A stretch of 64,000 bases of DNA, from the IMG/VR virus record IMGVR_UViG_3300024358_000010. One strand, given 5' to 3'. Shown piece after piece: positions 49,379-58,700 of the stretch. The stretch is from a virus. Position 1 is the stretch's first letter; each line of letters opens with the position of its first letter. The notes under the pieces were generated by a model, which was not told the DNA's origin, did no database searches, and was given only the letters and a program-made list of their open reading frames with translations. The translations under genes and the position numbers were made by a program.

Positions 49379-50185
49379 ATGTCTGATTTAATTAAAGAAT
49401 ACGCTGGCGGTATGCCATGCAAAGGTCACGCAGAAGACGGCGATTCTTTGCTATGGGCCGGTCTCCTTCATGCATCTGGGATGAGGTTGGATGAATCTAT
49501 TGTCGCATCCCAAACAGATGATGGGCAATTTTTTAGATCCCCTCTGCGTGCAGAGAACGCTCGCCACGGTTTAGTTGAACTGAATTCATTCAGTCGAGAT
49601 ATGTCAACTGGACTTAATTTGGCCGCCGCTGCGGACTCTGCGCCATTTAAAGTTATTGATGCGTACGAGGCGTGGATTGATTATATCCGTAAAAATGGAT
49701 GCAGGGCATGCAAAGACACCGATGGCAGATGCATAATGACGCCAGCTAACTTCTGGATGGCTTCGTACGCCGGAGCAGACAACATCCCAGTTGGGTATGA
49801 GCTTACAAGATGGTTAAATAAACCCTATTTGCTTGTGGCGTCTACTTTTAACCCCAAAGGGTTCCAACTTCATCTAGTTGGCGTAAGCATATTCGCCATG
49901 GTTTTCCATTATGGTTCGCGAAAAAAGCTCCCTATCTCGCTGAGATTGGCCTGCGCGATGCTTAAACGACGCCAACCAAAAAACGCTTTCTTCGCATGGC
50001 TAGCTGGTGACAACGAGCATGCTAAAAAAATTAATGACGCTATCAAAGCACACCTAGCGGTCAACGGCCAGGGCGACAGAAGGCACCAGTGGTGCTGGGA
50101 GCGCGACGACGCCGAAGAAGCTTGGCGCGATTCTTGCGGGTGGGATGTAGAGTTTATTGATAATTTACTAAAACTGTCTATATAA
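49379..50185 (+). CDS. hypothetical protein (helical, enzyme-like)
   Basis: GDSLLWAGLL, DGQFFRSP, SFSRDM motifs; family not recognised. Confidence 0.6.
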   Translation: MSDLIKEYAGGMPCKGHAEDGDSLLWAGLLHASGMRLDESIVASQTDDGQFFRSPLRAENARHGLVELNSFSRDMSTGLNLAAAADSAPFKVIDAYEAWIDYIRKNGCRACKDTDGRCIMTPANFWMASYAGADNIPVGYELTRWLNKPYLLVASTFNPKGFQLHLVGVSIFAMVFHYGSRKKLPISLRLACAMLKRRQPKNAFFAWLAGDNEHAKKINDAIKAHLAVNGQGDRRHQWCWERDDAEEAWRDSCGWDVEFIDNLLKLSI

Positions 50186-50199
50186 CATAGAGTAAACGT

Positions 50200-50964
50200 A
50201 TGGTACGCTCAGCGATCGCAGTTGCATTGCTCACCTTTTCGACAAGCGCCTTCTCTTTTGAAGAGCCAAAATGCTTGTCGAAGAACGTTGATTTCTGGTA
50301 CGACGTGTACACGAAATTTGATGAAGGTGACGCGCTGATACTGGACGCCGAGTCTCCTGATCTTACCGTAATAAACAAGGCAAAACTGCCGCTGGACGAA
50401 AAACAAAGAAAACGGTTTCTCAAAAACCTAAAAAAGTCATACGAGAAAGATTCTAAGAAGGTTAGGATCGTGACCGGTATACGGTCTAAGTTTGTAGAGG
50501 GTCTCAAGAGGGACGCCAAATACCGCAAAGACGTGGAACACCAGATTAAAAAACTAAATCTGCCAATCGAACTTTCGGCGCTTCCGCATGTTGAGTCTAG
50601 CTATAACCCGAGGGCAAGATCTAAGGTGGGCGCAGTCGGCATGTGGCAAGTCATGCCCGCGACAGCCAGGATGCTGGGATTCAATCCTAAAAATTTGTTC
50701 TCGCCCAGCTATAACACTAAAGTAGGTCTAGCCGTCTTGATGGACGCCTTTTCTAAGCTCGGATCATGGCCGCTCGCGATAACAGCGTACAATCACGGCG
50801 TCAACGGCGTGTCAAAGGCAGTAAAAGAAACCGGCAGCACAGATATTTGCACAATAATGTCAGAGTACGATGGTCCCAGGTTTGGAGTATCGAGCAGAAA
50901 TTTCTACGCGAGCTTTCTTGCCGTTTTGAGAATCCTGAAGGATGAGGGCGTACTGGATGAGTGA
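50200..50964 (+). CDS. exported MltD-like lytic transglycosylase
   Basis: Signal peptide; LP.EL.ALPHVESSYNP.A.S.VGAVGMWQ.MP.TA; WPLAITAYNHG. Confidence 0.9.
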   Translation: MVRSAIAVALLTFSTSAFSFEEPKCLSKNVDFWYDVYTKFDEGDALILDAESPDLTVINKAKLPLDEKQRKRFLKNLKKSYEKDSKKVRIVTGIRSKFVEGLKRDAKYRKDVEHQIKKLNLPIELSALPHVESSYNPRARSKVGAVGMWQVMPATARMLGFNPKNLFSPSYNTKVGLAVLMDAFSKLGSWPLAITAYNHGVNGVSKAVKETGSTDICTIMSEYDGPRFGVSSRNFYASFLAVLRILKDEGVLDE

Positions 50965-51523
50965 AGTTGGCAAAATACCCGCTCTCGACAAGGGTTTTGT
51001 GCAGCTTAGATGCTGCGCGCCAAACTTTCACGATTTAGAAGTAATGAAGTCTGAACTGTTCCGCGGAAACCTGACACCACAGCTGATAGAAACTGTCCAC
51101 GTCTACTTAAATGTTAAGTGTCCATACTTTCTTCTGATACCTTTGCTGTCGTCCGGAATAAAGGCGATATCTCGCCCTGGAGCGCCCAGCGACGCGTATG
51201 TGCCTAGGGTAGACGACATAAAGTCCGGAAACCATGAATCGGATCTAGAGATCCAATACTCTATGAATCTGACCATAGATTCGTTAATGCTCAACCAGAA
51301 AGCTTATGCTAAAGATGGCTGCAACCCGTTCGTTGCGTCGGTGACCACGCCAGTCGCCGCATACTGGGAAGGAGTGATGTTTGGCCTGATGAGAGACTGG
51401 GTGCGCTTCGCTGCCGCACCTGGGCTGCACCCTCTGGTAAAAGAGTACCAGAAATCAGTTGTGGATGCACTTTCTGTAGAATACAAAAACATTAACGATA
51501 TCATGCGTATAATACCAAAATGA
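50957..51523 (+). CDS. degenerate ThyX-fold protein
   Basis: KIPALDKGFVQL and E.VH..L.VKCP.F resemble the ThyX N-terminus; RHR-x7-S motif absent. Confidence 0.5.
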   Translation: MSEVGKIPALDKGFVQLRCCAPNFHDLEVMKSELFRGNLTPQLIETVHVYLNVKCPYFLLIPLLSSGIKAISRPGAPSDAYVPRVDDIKSGNHESDLEIQYSMNLTIDSLMLNQKAYAKDGCNPFVASVTTPVAAYWEGVMFGLMRDWVRFAAAPGLHPLVKEYQKSVVDALSVEYKNINDIMRIIPK

Positions 51524-51712
51524 AGAAGACTAAAAAGCCCAAAAAAGTCGATGCCAGCGAGCCAGAGCTAACATACTGGACCGAGATAACGTATATCTGT
51601 CCAACTCGCGGCAAAGTGACTGAAAAAGTTCAAGTGAAGAAACTTAAACCGCAGCCCGTACCCGATGTGGGTCAGAAATACGAGCTAGAAATTCTTAAAG
51701 AAGCGGCGGAAG

Positions 51713-52432
51713 ATGACGAATAACATCTTAAAAAAGACGCTAGAAGCTAGTCAGATTGACTACAAAACGTACATAAATCTCAGCGCCTATTTTAGGACCT
51801 ATTTGTCCAACTGCGCCAAATTTGGTATCCCAAATCCTAAGAGCTCATTTGGGACGAACGACGTAGTTATTAGAAATATAAATAAATCGCCAGAAACAGA
51901 CGCGTATGGTGTGACTAAGAAATGGAAAGTTGTAGCATGCGCGTATGGACTAATTATTGGTCGAAGAATACTTCCTAAGCGATTGGGCCGGATAGAAGTC
52001 ATAAACGATATAGCGCGCTCGCAGCATCAGGTGACGGTAGAGCCAGACCCTGACCTTATCGACAGCTTCTTGCTCGGCGAAGAATCATTCGATCCAAACT
52101 CTAGACTGAATAAAAGTCTAAAACTTAGAAAACAGGCCTCAAAGTATAATAAATCTATATCCAAAAAGATCACTGCTCACAACGAGGCAGAAGATTATTT
52201 TGAATCACTTTCCGAAGGCGATGTCATATACTCATCGTCTTCTTTGATAGGTCTCACCACGCATCCGCGGTCTTTTACCGTGGTAAAGATTATACGCACC
52301 ATGAAGTGCGTAGACTTCATAATAGTTCGTCTCAAATCATCGACAGAGATATCTATAAGGCCTCGATCGATATTGAAATGTTTTGTAACGACGCAGCAAC
52401 CGTACCCATTATCCAAGATAATCTCAAAATGA
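51713..52432 (+). CDS. hypothetical protein
   Basis: 239-aa ORF. Confidence 0.65.
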   Translation: MTNNILKKTLEASQIDYKTYINLSAYFRTYLSNCAKFGIPNPKSSFGTNDVVIRNINKSPETDAYGVTKKWKVVACAYGLIIGRRILPKRLGRIEVINDIARSQHQVTVEPDPDLIDSFLLGEESFDPNSRLNKSLKLRKQASKYNKSISKKITAHNEAEDYFESLSEGDVIYSSSSLIGLTTHPRSFTVVKIIRTMKCVDFIIVRLKSSTEISIRPRSILKCFVTTQQPYPLSKIISK

Positions 52433-52878
52433 GACCATCAAAACTGTCGTTCTACATGGCCATGGCCGAAACAGCCGCATCTAGGTCGCATGACTTAGAA
52501 ACTAAGGTTGGCTCGGTGTTGGTTAAGGCTGACACTGGGGCTATCATAGCCACAGGCTGCAACGGCTTCGTTCGCGGCGCAGACGATGAGAAGCTTCCGG
52601 GAACGAGACCTAAGAAGTACGACTACATAGTGCACAGCGAGATGAATCTGATCGCCAACTGCGCGCGGCATGGGGTTTCTACAGAAAACTGCTTCGTGGT
52701 GTGCACGATGACGCCGTGCAAAGTCTGCATGAGGATGCTGTGGCAATGTGGGATAAGCCGAGTGGTGGCTAAGAATAAGTATCGCGACTTTGATTCTATA
52801 CTGACGATGGGCGACCTATCGGTCTCAATAAAAGAAGTTGAAGGTCTTATAGATCTAGAGTACGGAGGCAAGAGATGA
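52429..52878 (+). CDS. dCMP deaminase
   Basis: KVGSVLV, TG.NG, HSEMN, PCKVC. Confidence 0.9.
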   Translation: MRPSKLSFYMAMAETAASRSHDLETKVGSVLVKADTGAIIATGCNGFVRGADDEKLPGTRPKKYDYIVHSEMNLIANCARHGVSTENCFVVCTMTPCKVCMRMLWQCGISRVVAKNKYRDFDSILTMGDLSVSIKEVEGLIDLEYGGKR

Positions 52879-53291
52879 AGGTACTTTTTGTTGGTTCAAA
52901 TCCTGGATTCGCAAGCCCAGACAACTCTGCATTTCATCCAAGTTCTAAAACCCGTCTAACATTAGACTCATGGCTCAGGGGCATAGATTGCGAACGTCAC
53001 TACGTCAACGTAGCAGACTATAAAACCCCTAACAACCGAGCGCTGACATCTAAAGAGATCAGATCGCTTCTGCCGTCTTTAGAGGCAAAAATTTCTTCAC
53101 ATAAAGATTGCAAGATCGTAGCCGTAGGTTCAGCAGCCGCAAAGGCGCTGAAACTTATTGGCGCAGATTTTCTTGCCATACCGCACCCGTCGGGTCGCAC
53201 TCGGCAATACAACGACAAGGCTTTTAAAGCCGCTACGATAAACGCTTTGATTTTATTTATAAAAGGGTATAATATCAATACGGGTGTTTGA
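52875..53291 (+). CDS. uracil-DNA glycosylase-like protein
   Basis: VLFVGSNPG, IVAVG..A, PHPSG. Confidence 0.75.
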   Translation: MKVLFVGSNPGFASPDNSAFHPSSKTRLTLDSWLRGIDCERHYVNVADYKTPNNRALTSKEIRSLLPSLEAKISSHKDCKIVAVGSAAAKALKLIGADFLAIPHPSGRTRQYNDKAFKAATINALILFIKGYNINTGV

Positions 53292-53395
53292 TCTGCCTGC
53301 AAGTAGATCATGAACGATGCGACCGCTCCGTCTTTGCAGAGAACCTGTGCGCATCTTAGCCTGCTATTAAAAGGGTGGAGAGGAAGTCAGGACCC
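53282..53395 (+). ncRNA. candidate structured RNA (multi-stem junction)
   Basis: TATAAT at 53268; GGGT/ACCC closing stem around three internal stems. Confidence 0.35.
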
Positions 53396-53526
53396 TTTTA
53401 TCAAATGGAGTACTTATGGGTTTCCATGTTCCTAGTGATTTCGCTGATTTTAATCTCTTTAATCCTTTTCATTATTCATCCGAATCAATTAATAGACACA
53501 ACGCGCAATCAAAAAGGAGAAAGCGC

Positions 53527-53886
53527 ATGGTTACTCCCCGCAATCTTTCCAAAGTCAACAGCAAAAACTACACCGCAGCTTTTGACGGCCTCCGCGACAG
53601 CGTGAAGTTCACCCTCGCGTCCTCAAAAGACCGGTTTCCAACCGTCACAGCTGGCCGTCTCGGCATCCCCGCTCGCAAAAATCTGAACAAAATTAAAGTC
53701 ATCTTGGCTTCCAAGAAGACCCTGGCCTCTGGCGCCGGCACTACATACGAAGTAGAATTTCGCCTAAACCGCTTCGTCACTAGCAGCAACGCTACCTTCA
53801 TCGCTACCAACTGGCCAAAAGGTCTCCGCAAACCTAAGGTTGGTCAACCTTACGAGTTCGCAGTTCTTTCGATCGAGTCTGCCTAA
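53527..53886 (+). CDS. basic hypothetical protein (alternative start at 53416)
   Basis: AAGGAG RBS; motif at 53479. Confidence 0.7.
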   Translation: MVTPRNLSKVNSKNYTAAFDGLRDSVKFTLASSKDRFPTVTAGRLGIPARKNLNKIKVILASKKTLASGAGTTYEVEFRLNRFVTSSNATFIATNWPKGLRKPKVGQPYEFAVLSIESA

Positions 53887-53905
53887 TTCAGATAGGGGTT
53901 TCGCC

Positions 53906-54400
53906 GTGAACATCTTTTTTACGTCCGCTGATCCAATCGAATGCGCAATAGCATTAGATGACAAGCGCCTAGTTAAGATGCCAGTCGAGTCTGTGCAGAT
54001 GCTATCGTCTGCTATGGCTCGACACGGCGGAACCCCTGTATACCGCGTCGCCTGGACCAAGCATCCATGTACGATCTGGTCCGGCGACTCCCGCGAGAAC
54101 TTCGAATGGCATCTAGAGCATTTGAAAGCGATGAATGATGAATTTAGAATTAGGTATGGTAAAGACCACGGGTCGTTTAATGCGGGTTACGCTGCGCTTA
54201 AAGCTCAGATCCAGAGGATACCCGGCATCGGTCTTACGCAGTTTCCTAATTGCTCACTGTTCAAAACTGTATCCGACGTTCACGAAGCTTACCGATTAGG
54301 TTTCCACGAGAAATGGAAGAACGATAAGCGCGCTCCGCGGTGGACTAACCGCACGCCACCATCGTGGTACAACCCCCAAGAATATAAGGGGACAGCGTAA
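53906..54400 (+). CDS. pyrimidine-dimer DNA glycosylase / endonuclease V-like protein
   Basis: MNIF....DP..CA..LDDKRLVKM..E..QML, HPCT.W, WT.R..PSW. Confidence 0.75.
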   Translation: MNIFFTSADPIECAIALDDKRLVKMPVESVQMLSSAMARHGGTPVYRVAWTKHPCTIWSGDSRENFEWHLEHLKAMNDEFRIRYGKDHGSFNAGYAALKAQIQRIPGIGLTQFPNCSLFKTVSDVHEAYRLGFHEKWKNDKRAPRWTNRTPPSWYNPQEYKGTA

Positions 54401-54851
54401 TGATCGATAAATTAAACGCGAGAATGATCGATCTCTCTGAAGAGGCAGAAGTTCTGATCAACAAAAGATCAGAGCTACACGACGAGATCGAAAAAATAAA
54501 TGTTAGATTAGCCCACTTAGTGGGCGCCATGCAAGAACTGGATTCACTTAAAAGGAGTTTAGAAGATGGTAACGCGGAAGAAAAGCAAGTCTGAACCTAA
54601 GAAAGTCGCAAAAAAGGTTCGCGAACCTAAAGTTCGAGCGAATAAAGCAGAACAATCGTCCGCGGCTTGCGCAGTTAGCGATTGCGTAAAAGCTGCGCCA
54701 CAAGGCGCAAAAGAGCTCTTCTCAGAGCTTCTAGCTATTTACGGCAATAAATACTATATTTTGCTGCTTGGCGCTGCGGTGGGCTTTGCCGCCGGCGTGG
54801 TAATTGATCACTTGTTTATTAAAGGGTGATCTACCTTAATAAGGTAAAAAT

Positions 54852-54875
54852 AAAGGCGGCTTATAGCCGCCTTTT
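54852..54875. terminator. bidirectional intrinsic terminator at the plus/minus strand switch
   Basis: AAAGGCGGC-ttata-GCCGCCTTTT with A-tract upstream. Confidence 0.85.
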
Positions 54876-54898
54876 ACAGTTTATAAACCGTAAATCAA

Positions 54899-55207
54899 TT
54901 ATTGAGCGCGAAGAGCGATGTAGAGATCGTCGACAACTGCGAGACCAGCAGTTAAAACGTTGGAAGGCAAGGTATCCGCGGCAGTAACGACGTCAAAAAC
55001 TGCGCCGCCGGTGGTTCCTTGCTTTACGCGGACGACGATATCGCCAACTTCAAGTTCGGCCCATTGAGCACCGCTAGCAGAAGTTCCGGTGGCTTTTTTG
55101 GCCATAACAACAGCATGGGATCCCAGGGCGGCAAGAAGCTCATTCTTGGCCGCTCGGTTTGCTAAGGCGACTTCTAGGACTCTTTTGGTTTTGGTAGACA
55201 GGATCAT
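54899..55207 (-). CDS. putative small virion protein
   Basis: GGAG RBS at ATG 55207; lies in the minus-strand structural block. Confidence 0.55.
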   Translation of the reverse strand: MILSTKTKRVLEVALANRAAKNELLAALGSHAVVMAKKATGTSASGAQWAELEVGDIVVRVKQGTTGGAVFDVVTAADTLPSNVLTAGLAVVDDLYIALRAQ

Positions 55208-55270
55208 AGTGACTCCGATAAAGTTGAGGCGCTGCAACATGCAGCGGCACTATGGTATCAATATATCACG

Positions 55271-55684
55271 TTATTTACTTAAGATCTCATACATCAAAGA
55301 TGCAAAACCAATCAAACCGCCAATGAAAGCGCTTATTTTTGCTACCACTTTTATGATTGTCTGCTTTTCTATGTGCGACTTCTCAAGCGGTTCTAGTCTC
55401 GAATCCATCTTGTCGTTCATAGCCTTAAGTTCGCTTAGAGCTGCCTCATTTAGCTCAGTTCTGCGCATGTGCTCTATCAGAGATTCTGTATTCTTTTCAA
55501 GCGTTTTTCTGATATAGGTGATCTCGTGGCCCATCTGGCGGTCTGTGGCGATATGCTCGCTAAAATCTTTATGAAAATCCGACATTGATGATTCTAGGCT
55601 CGAAATACGCCGCCCAGTTTCCTGGACGGTATCTTTCACAAACTCTAAGTCCTTACTAATCAAATCAACTTTATCGTTTTCCAT
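55271..55684 (-). CDS. coiled-coil protein with C-terminal TM (holin/XhlA-like architecture)
   Basis: Heptad-rich body; hydrophobic C-terminus. Confidence 0.5.
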   Translation of the reverse strand: MENDKVDLISKDLEFVKDTVQETGRRISSLESSMSDFHKDFSEHIATDRQMGHEITYIRKTLEKNTESLIEHMRRTELNEAALSELKAMNDKMDSRLEPLEKSHIEKQTIIKVVAKISAFIGGLIGFASLMYEILSK

Positions 55685-55713
55685 AAAGATCTCCTACGCG
55701 CGCATAATATCTA

Positions 55714-58700
55714 TTATGTCACACTAATGCTCCAGCTTTGTGAGTTCAGGATCGAAGACGCGGGCACTGCGACGAAGTTGTTATTCTCGTCCTCGACGAT
55801 GATCTTGTGTATGACGAACTCTTCTGTGTCGCGGGTTATGAACTCTCCAGACATCTGTGAAAAGTCTGTGATAACAACAACAACGCGCTTGCTCGACGTT
55901 ATTGATTTATAGATCATGTGCACTTTTTTCCAGTTTGATGGCTTAGAGAGTGTTGGGTGGCTTGCAACCGCTGGAAGTGTTTTGATCTCGTCCTTGTTGG
56001 ACGCGATGACAACAGGTTGGTTGATCTCTACGGATTGTGTAGGTATTTCGACCAGACTGTTAGCCGTTTTCTGAGCGGCGGCAACATACACACTCTTGTT
56101 TCCAGCGGCGTCCTTTGCGATCACGTTAAAGTAGTAGGTCGTATTAGAAACGAGATTACTAATCAATGCGTGCGTTGCGCTAGAATACGCTTTAACGATG
56201 GTTCCATTTGCCTCAGTGTCTGCAACTGTTGAAAAGTCAGGGGCGACGCCTAAGTTAGACATAGCCATTCTTAATTGATACTGAATCTGCGAACCAGTGG
56301 ACGTATTGTCTTCTGCAGGGTTCCAAGTCACGATCATGCTATCTTTATCAACAGAGTTAAAAATAATAGCACCACCGCCGCCTGGTGTTGGGCCTGTTGT
56401 ATCGGCTAATGTTGTCATAGAAACGGCATTATATGCAGACATGTTACCGAAAGAATCTCTTAACACAACATTAAAATAGTATGTAGTTAGAGGACTAAGA
56501 TTTGCAATCGTAACGACCGAAATATCCTTAGTAAAGGACTTTACTTGCGTGCCATTACTCAACGTGGTAGGGAGATCCTCCATATCGTTTGAATACGACA
56601 TATACACCGCATATTGCAGCGAACCTTCGGAGGTGATGTTATCGCTACCTTTTGTCCAATTTAACACGCAGCTATCGGCTGTCACCATTGACGCACTCAA
56701 TATGCCCGAATTACCTGGCGACGGAACTGTTGTGTCTATGATTGTTGTCGCATAGGTTGGTGCGTATGCAGCCTCATTCATTGAGCGATCTTCAACTATT
56801 AGGTTGAAGTAATACGTAGATGATGGATTTAAACCTGTAACTGTATAACTTGTTTCACCGTTTACAAATAAAGCACAAAATGTTCCGTTTGTTTTTGCCT
56901 GAGCGACAGTGGTAATGTTATTACTTAGCGATCTATAGAGCCTGTATTCAAAATCTGAATTAACATCGACGTCATCAGACGCAGGCGACCAAGACAACGA
57001 AACGGACGTTTGCGTTATGCCAGTAGTCAAAATAGCACCATTAGCGCCAGGTACAGGCGGGGTGACATCTGCTGCAGTGTATACGGCTCCAGCTGTGTAT
57101 GCTGTTTTGTTTCCAAACTCATCCTTCGCAACAACATTAAAGAAGTACTGAGTTCCAGGTTCAAGATCGGTTATTATAGCATACGACACGTCTGCTAAAT
57201 AATCTTGCACCAAAACTGAAGCCGATTCCATTTGATTTACGCTTGCAACAGCCGTAAGAAGTTGAGACATATACACCGCGTATTGTATCTCATCTTGTGG
57301 TGTTGACTTATCAGTTGCCTTAACCCAAGACACGCGAAGCTGTTGTTTTTCAATCTGACTAAATGTCAACGAACTGTTTGAAGGCAGCAGCGGACCAGAA
57401 ACGTCTGCAGATGTTGCCACCGTTGTGGTTTGGTATACCGCTTTGTTACCGGCGACGTCCATGACCATAACGTTTGCATAGTAAGTAGTATTAGGCATCA
57501 ACCCGGCAACGGTCGCTGTATTCACATCCGACGTGAAAGGCATAGCAATTATGCCATTTTTAAATGTATCAACCGTGTTTATGTTATTTTGCGTAGATAC
57601 GCGAACTTCATAACGTAGACGATTCTGAGCAGAATAATCGTCAGAAGCCTTATTCCACCCTAAAACAAAACTAGATTCATTAACGTAGCTAGTTGTAAGA
57701 GCTCCGCTTACCCCTGGCGTTGGCGCACTAGTGTCATTAAATGTCCAAACCCTAGCCGCATTGTATGTGGTATGTGCCGCAGTGGCATCTCTGACAACTA
57801 CGTTCACCATATATTCAGTGGCGGGAAGAAGGTTGGTGATCGTGAACGACGTCATGCCCTGAGTGTACGGTGATGCTTGTGTAACCAGTCCCTGCTGAAC
57901 ATGTACCTCAATGTTATCAGCGTTGTTCATCGCAGGGAATTCATTTTTCAAAAAAGCATTAGTTTTACGAGTCGCATAGTAAACAGCATACTCAAGAGAT
58001 GAGGCCGCTTGAGATTCATCAGATGCGGGAGACCAAGATAGATTTAATGAGCCAGATCCGGCAACGACAACGTTAATCTTGCCGCTATTGCCGACGACAG
58101 GTGCAACCCACTGAGAGGATGTTTTTGCAAACACTGACGCATACCCGGATCTATTACCAGCAGCGTCGACTGCCATGATGTTGTAGTAAAAACCAGTATT
58201 GCCAGGCAGATTAGAATCACGGAACTGGACATAGCGAGTTGAATTGTAAATTAACTCATACGTATACGGATTAATCCACGGGACTACAACAGCATTGCCG
58301 ACGTAGGTGCCGTTTGAAATCATCTGAGCAACAGTTGAAATATTGTTACTAGACGAGCGGTATACGCGATAAATTACGTTTTGTATGGGCGTAACGTTAT
58401 CAACAGCGACAGTTGCGTTTAAGTTGATGTAATTATAGCCAACGTGAGTAATCTCGATATTGCCGACACCAGGAACAACAGGTGCGGAGGTGTCGTTAAG
58501 TGTTAGCGCATTCACTGGTGCATAAACTGATTTATTGCCAGCTTGATCTCGAACAACAACGCCAAAGAAGTAACGAGTGTTTCTATTCAGTTCGGTTGCC
58601 GTATAGCTGCCGGTGTTAACAGTCCAATCGAGAATCTTAGTGCCAGCTTCGACAGACGCAACTGTTTGCGACATTTGACTGGTTGAACGATACACTGCAT

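Noticed and set aside
53282-53395. Cobalamin riboswitch, tRNA or 5S identity for the structured region
   Set aside because: Only fragments (TAAAAGGG, AAGTCAGG) resemble the B12 box; no GCCACTG, T-loop or 5S motifs.
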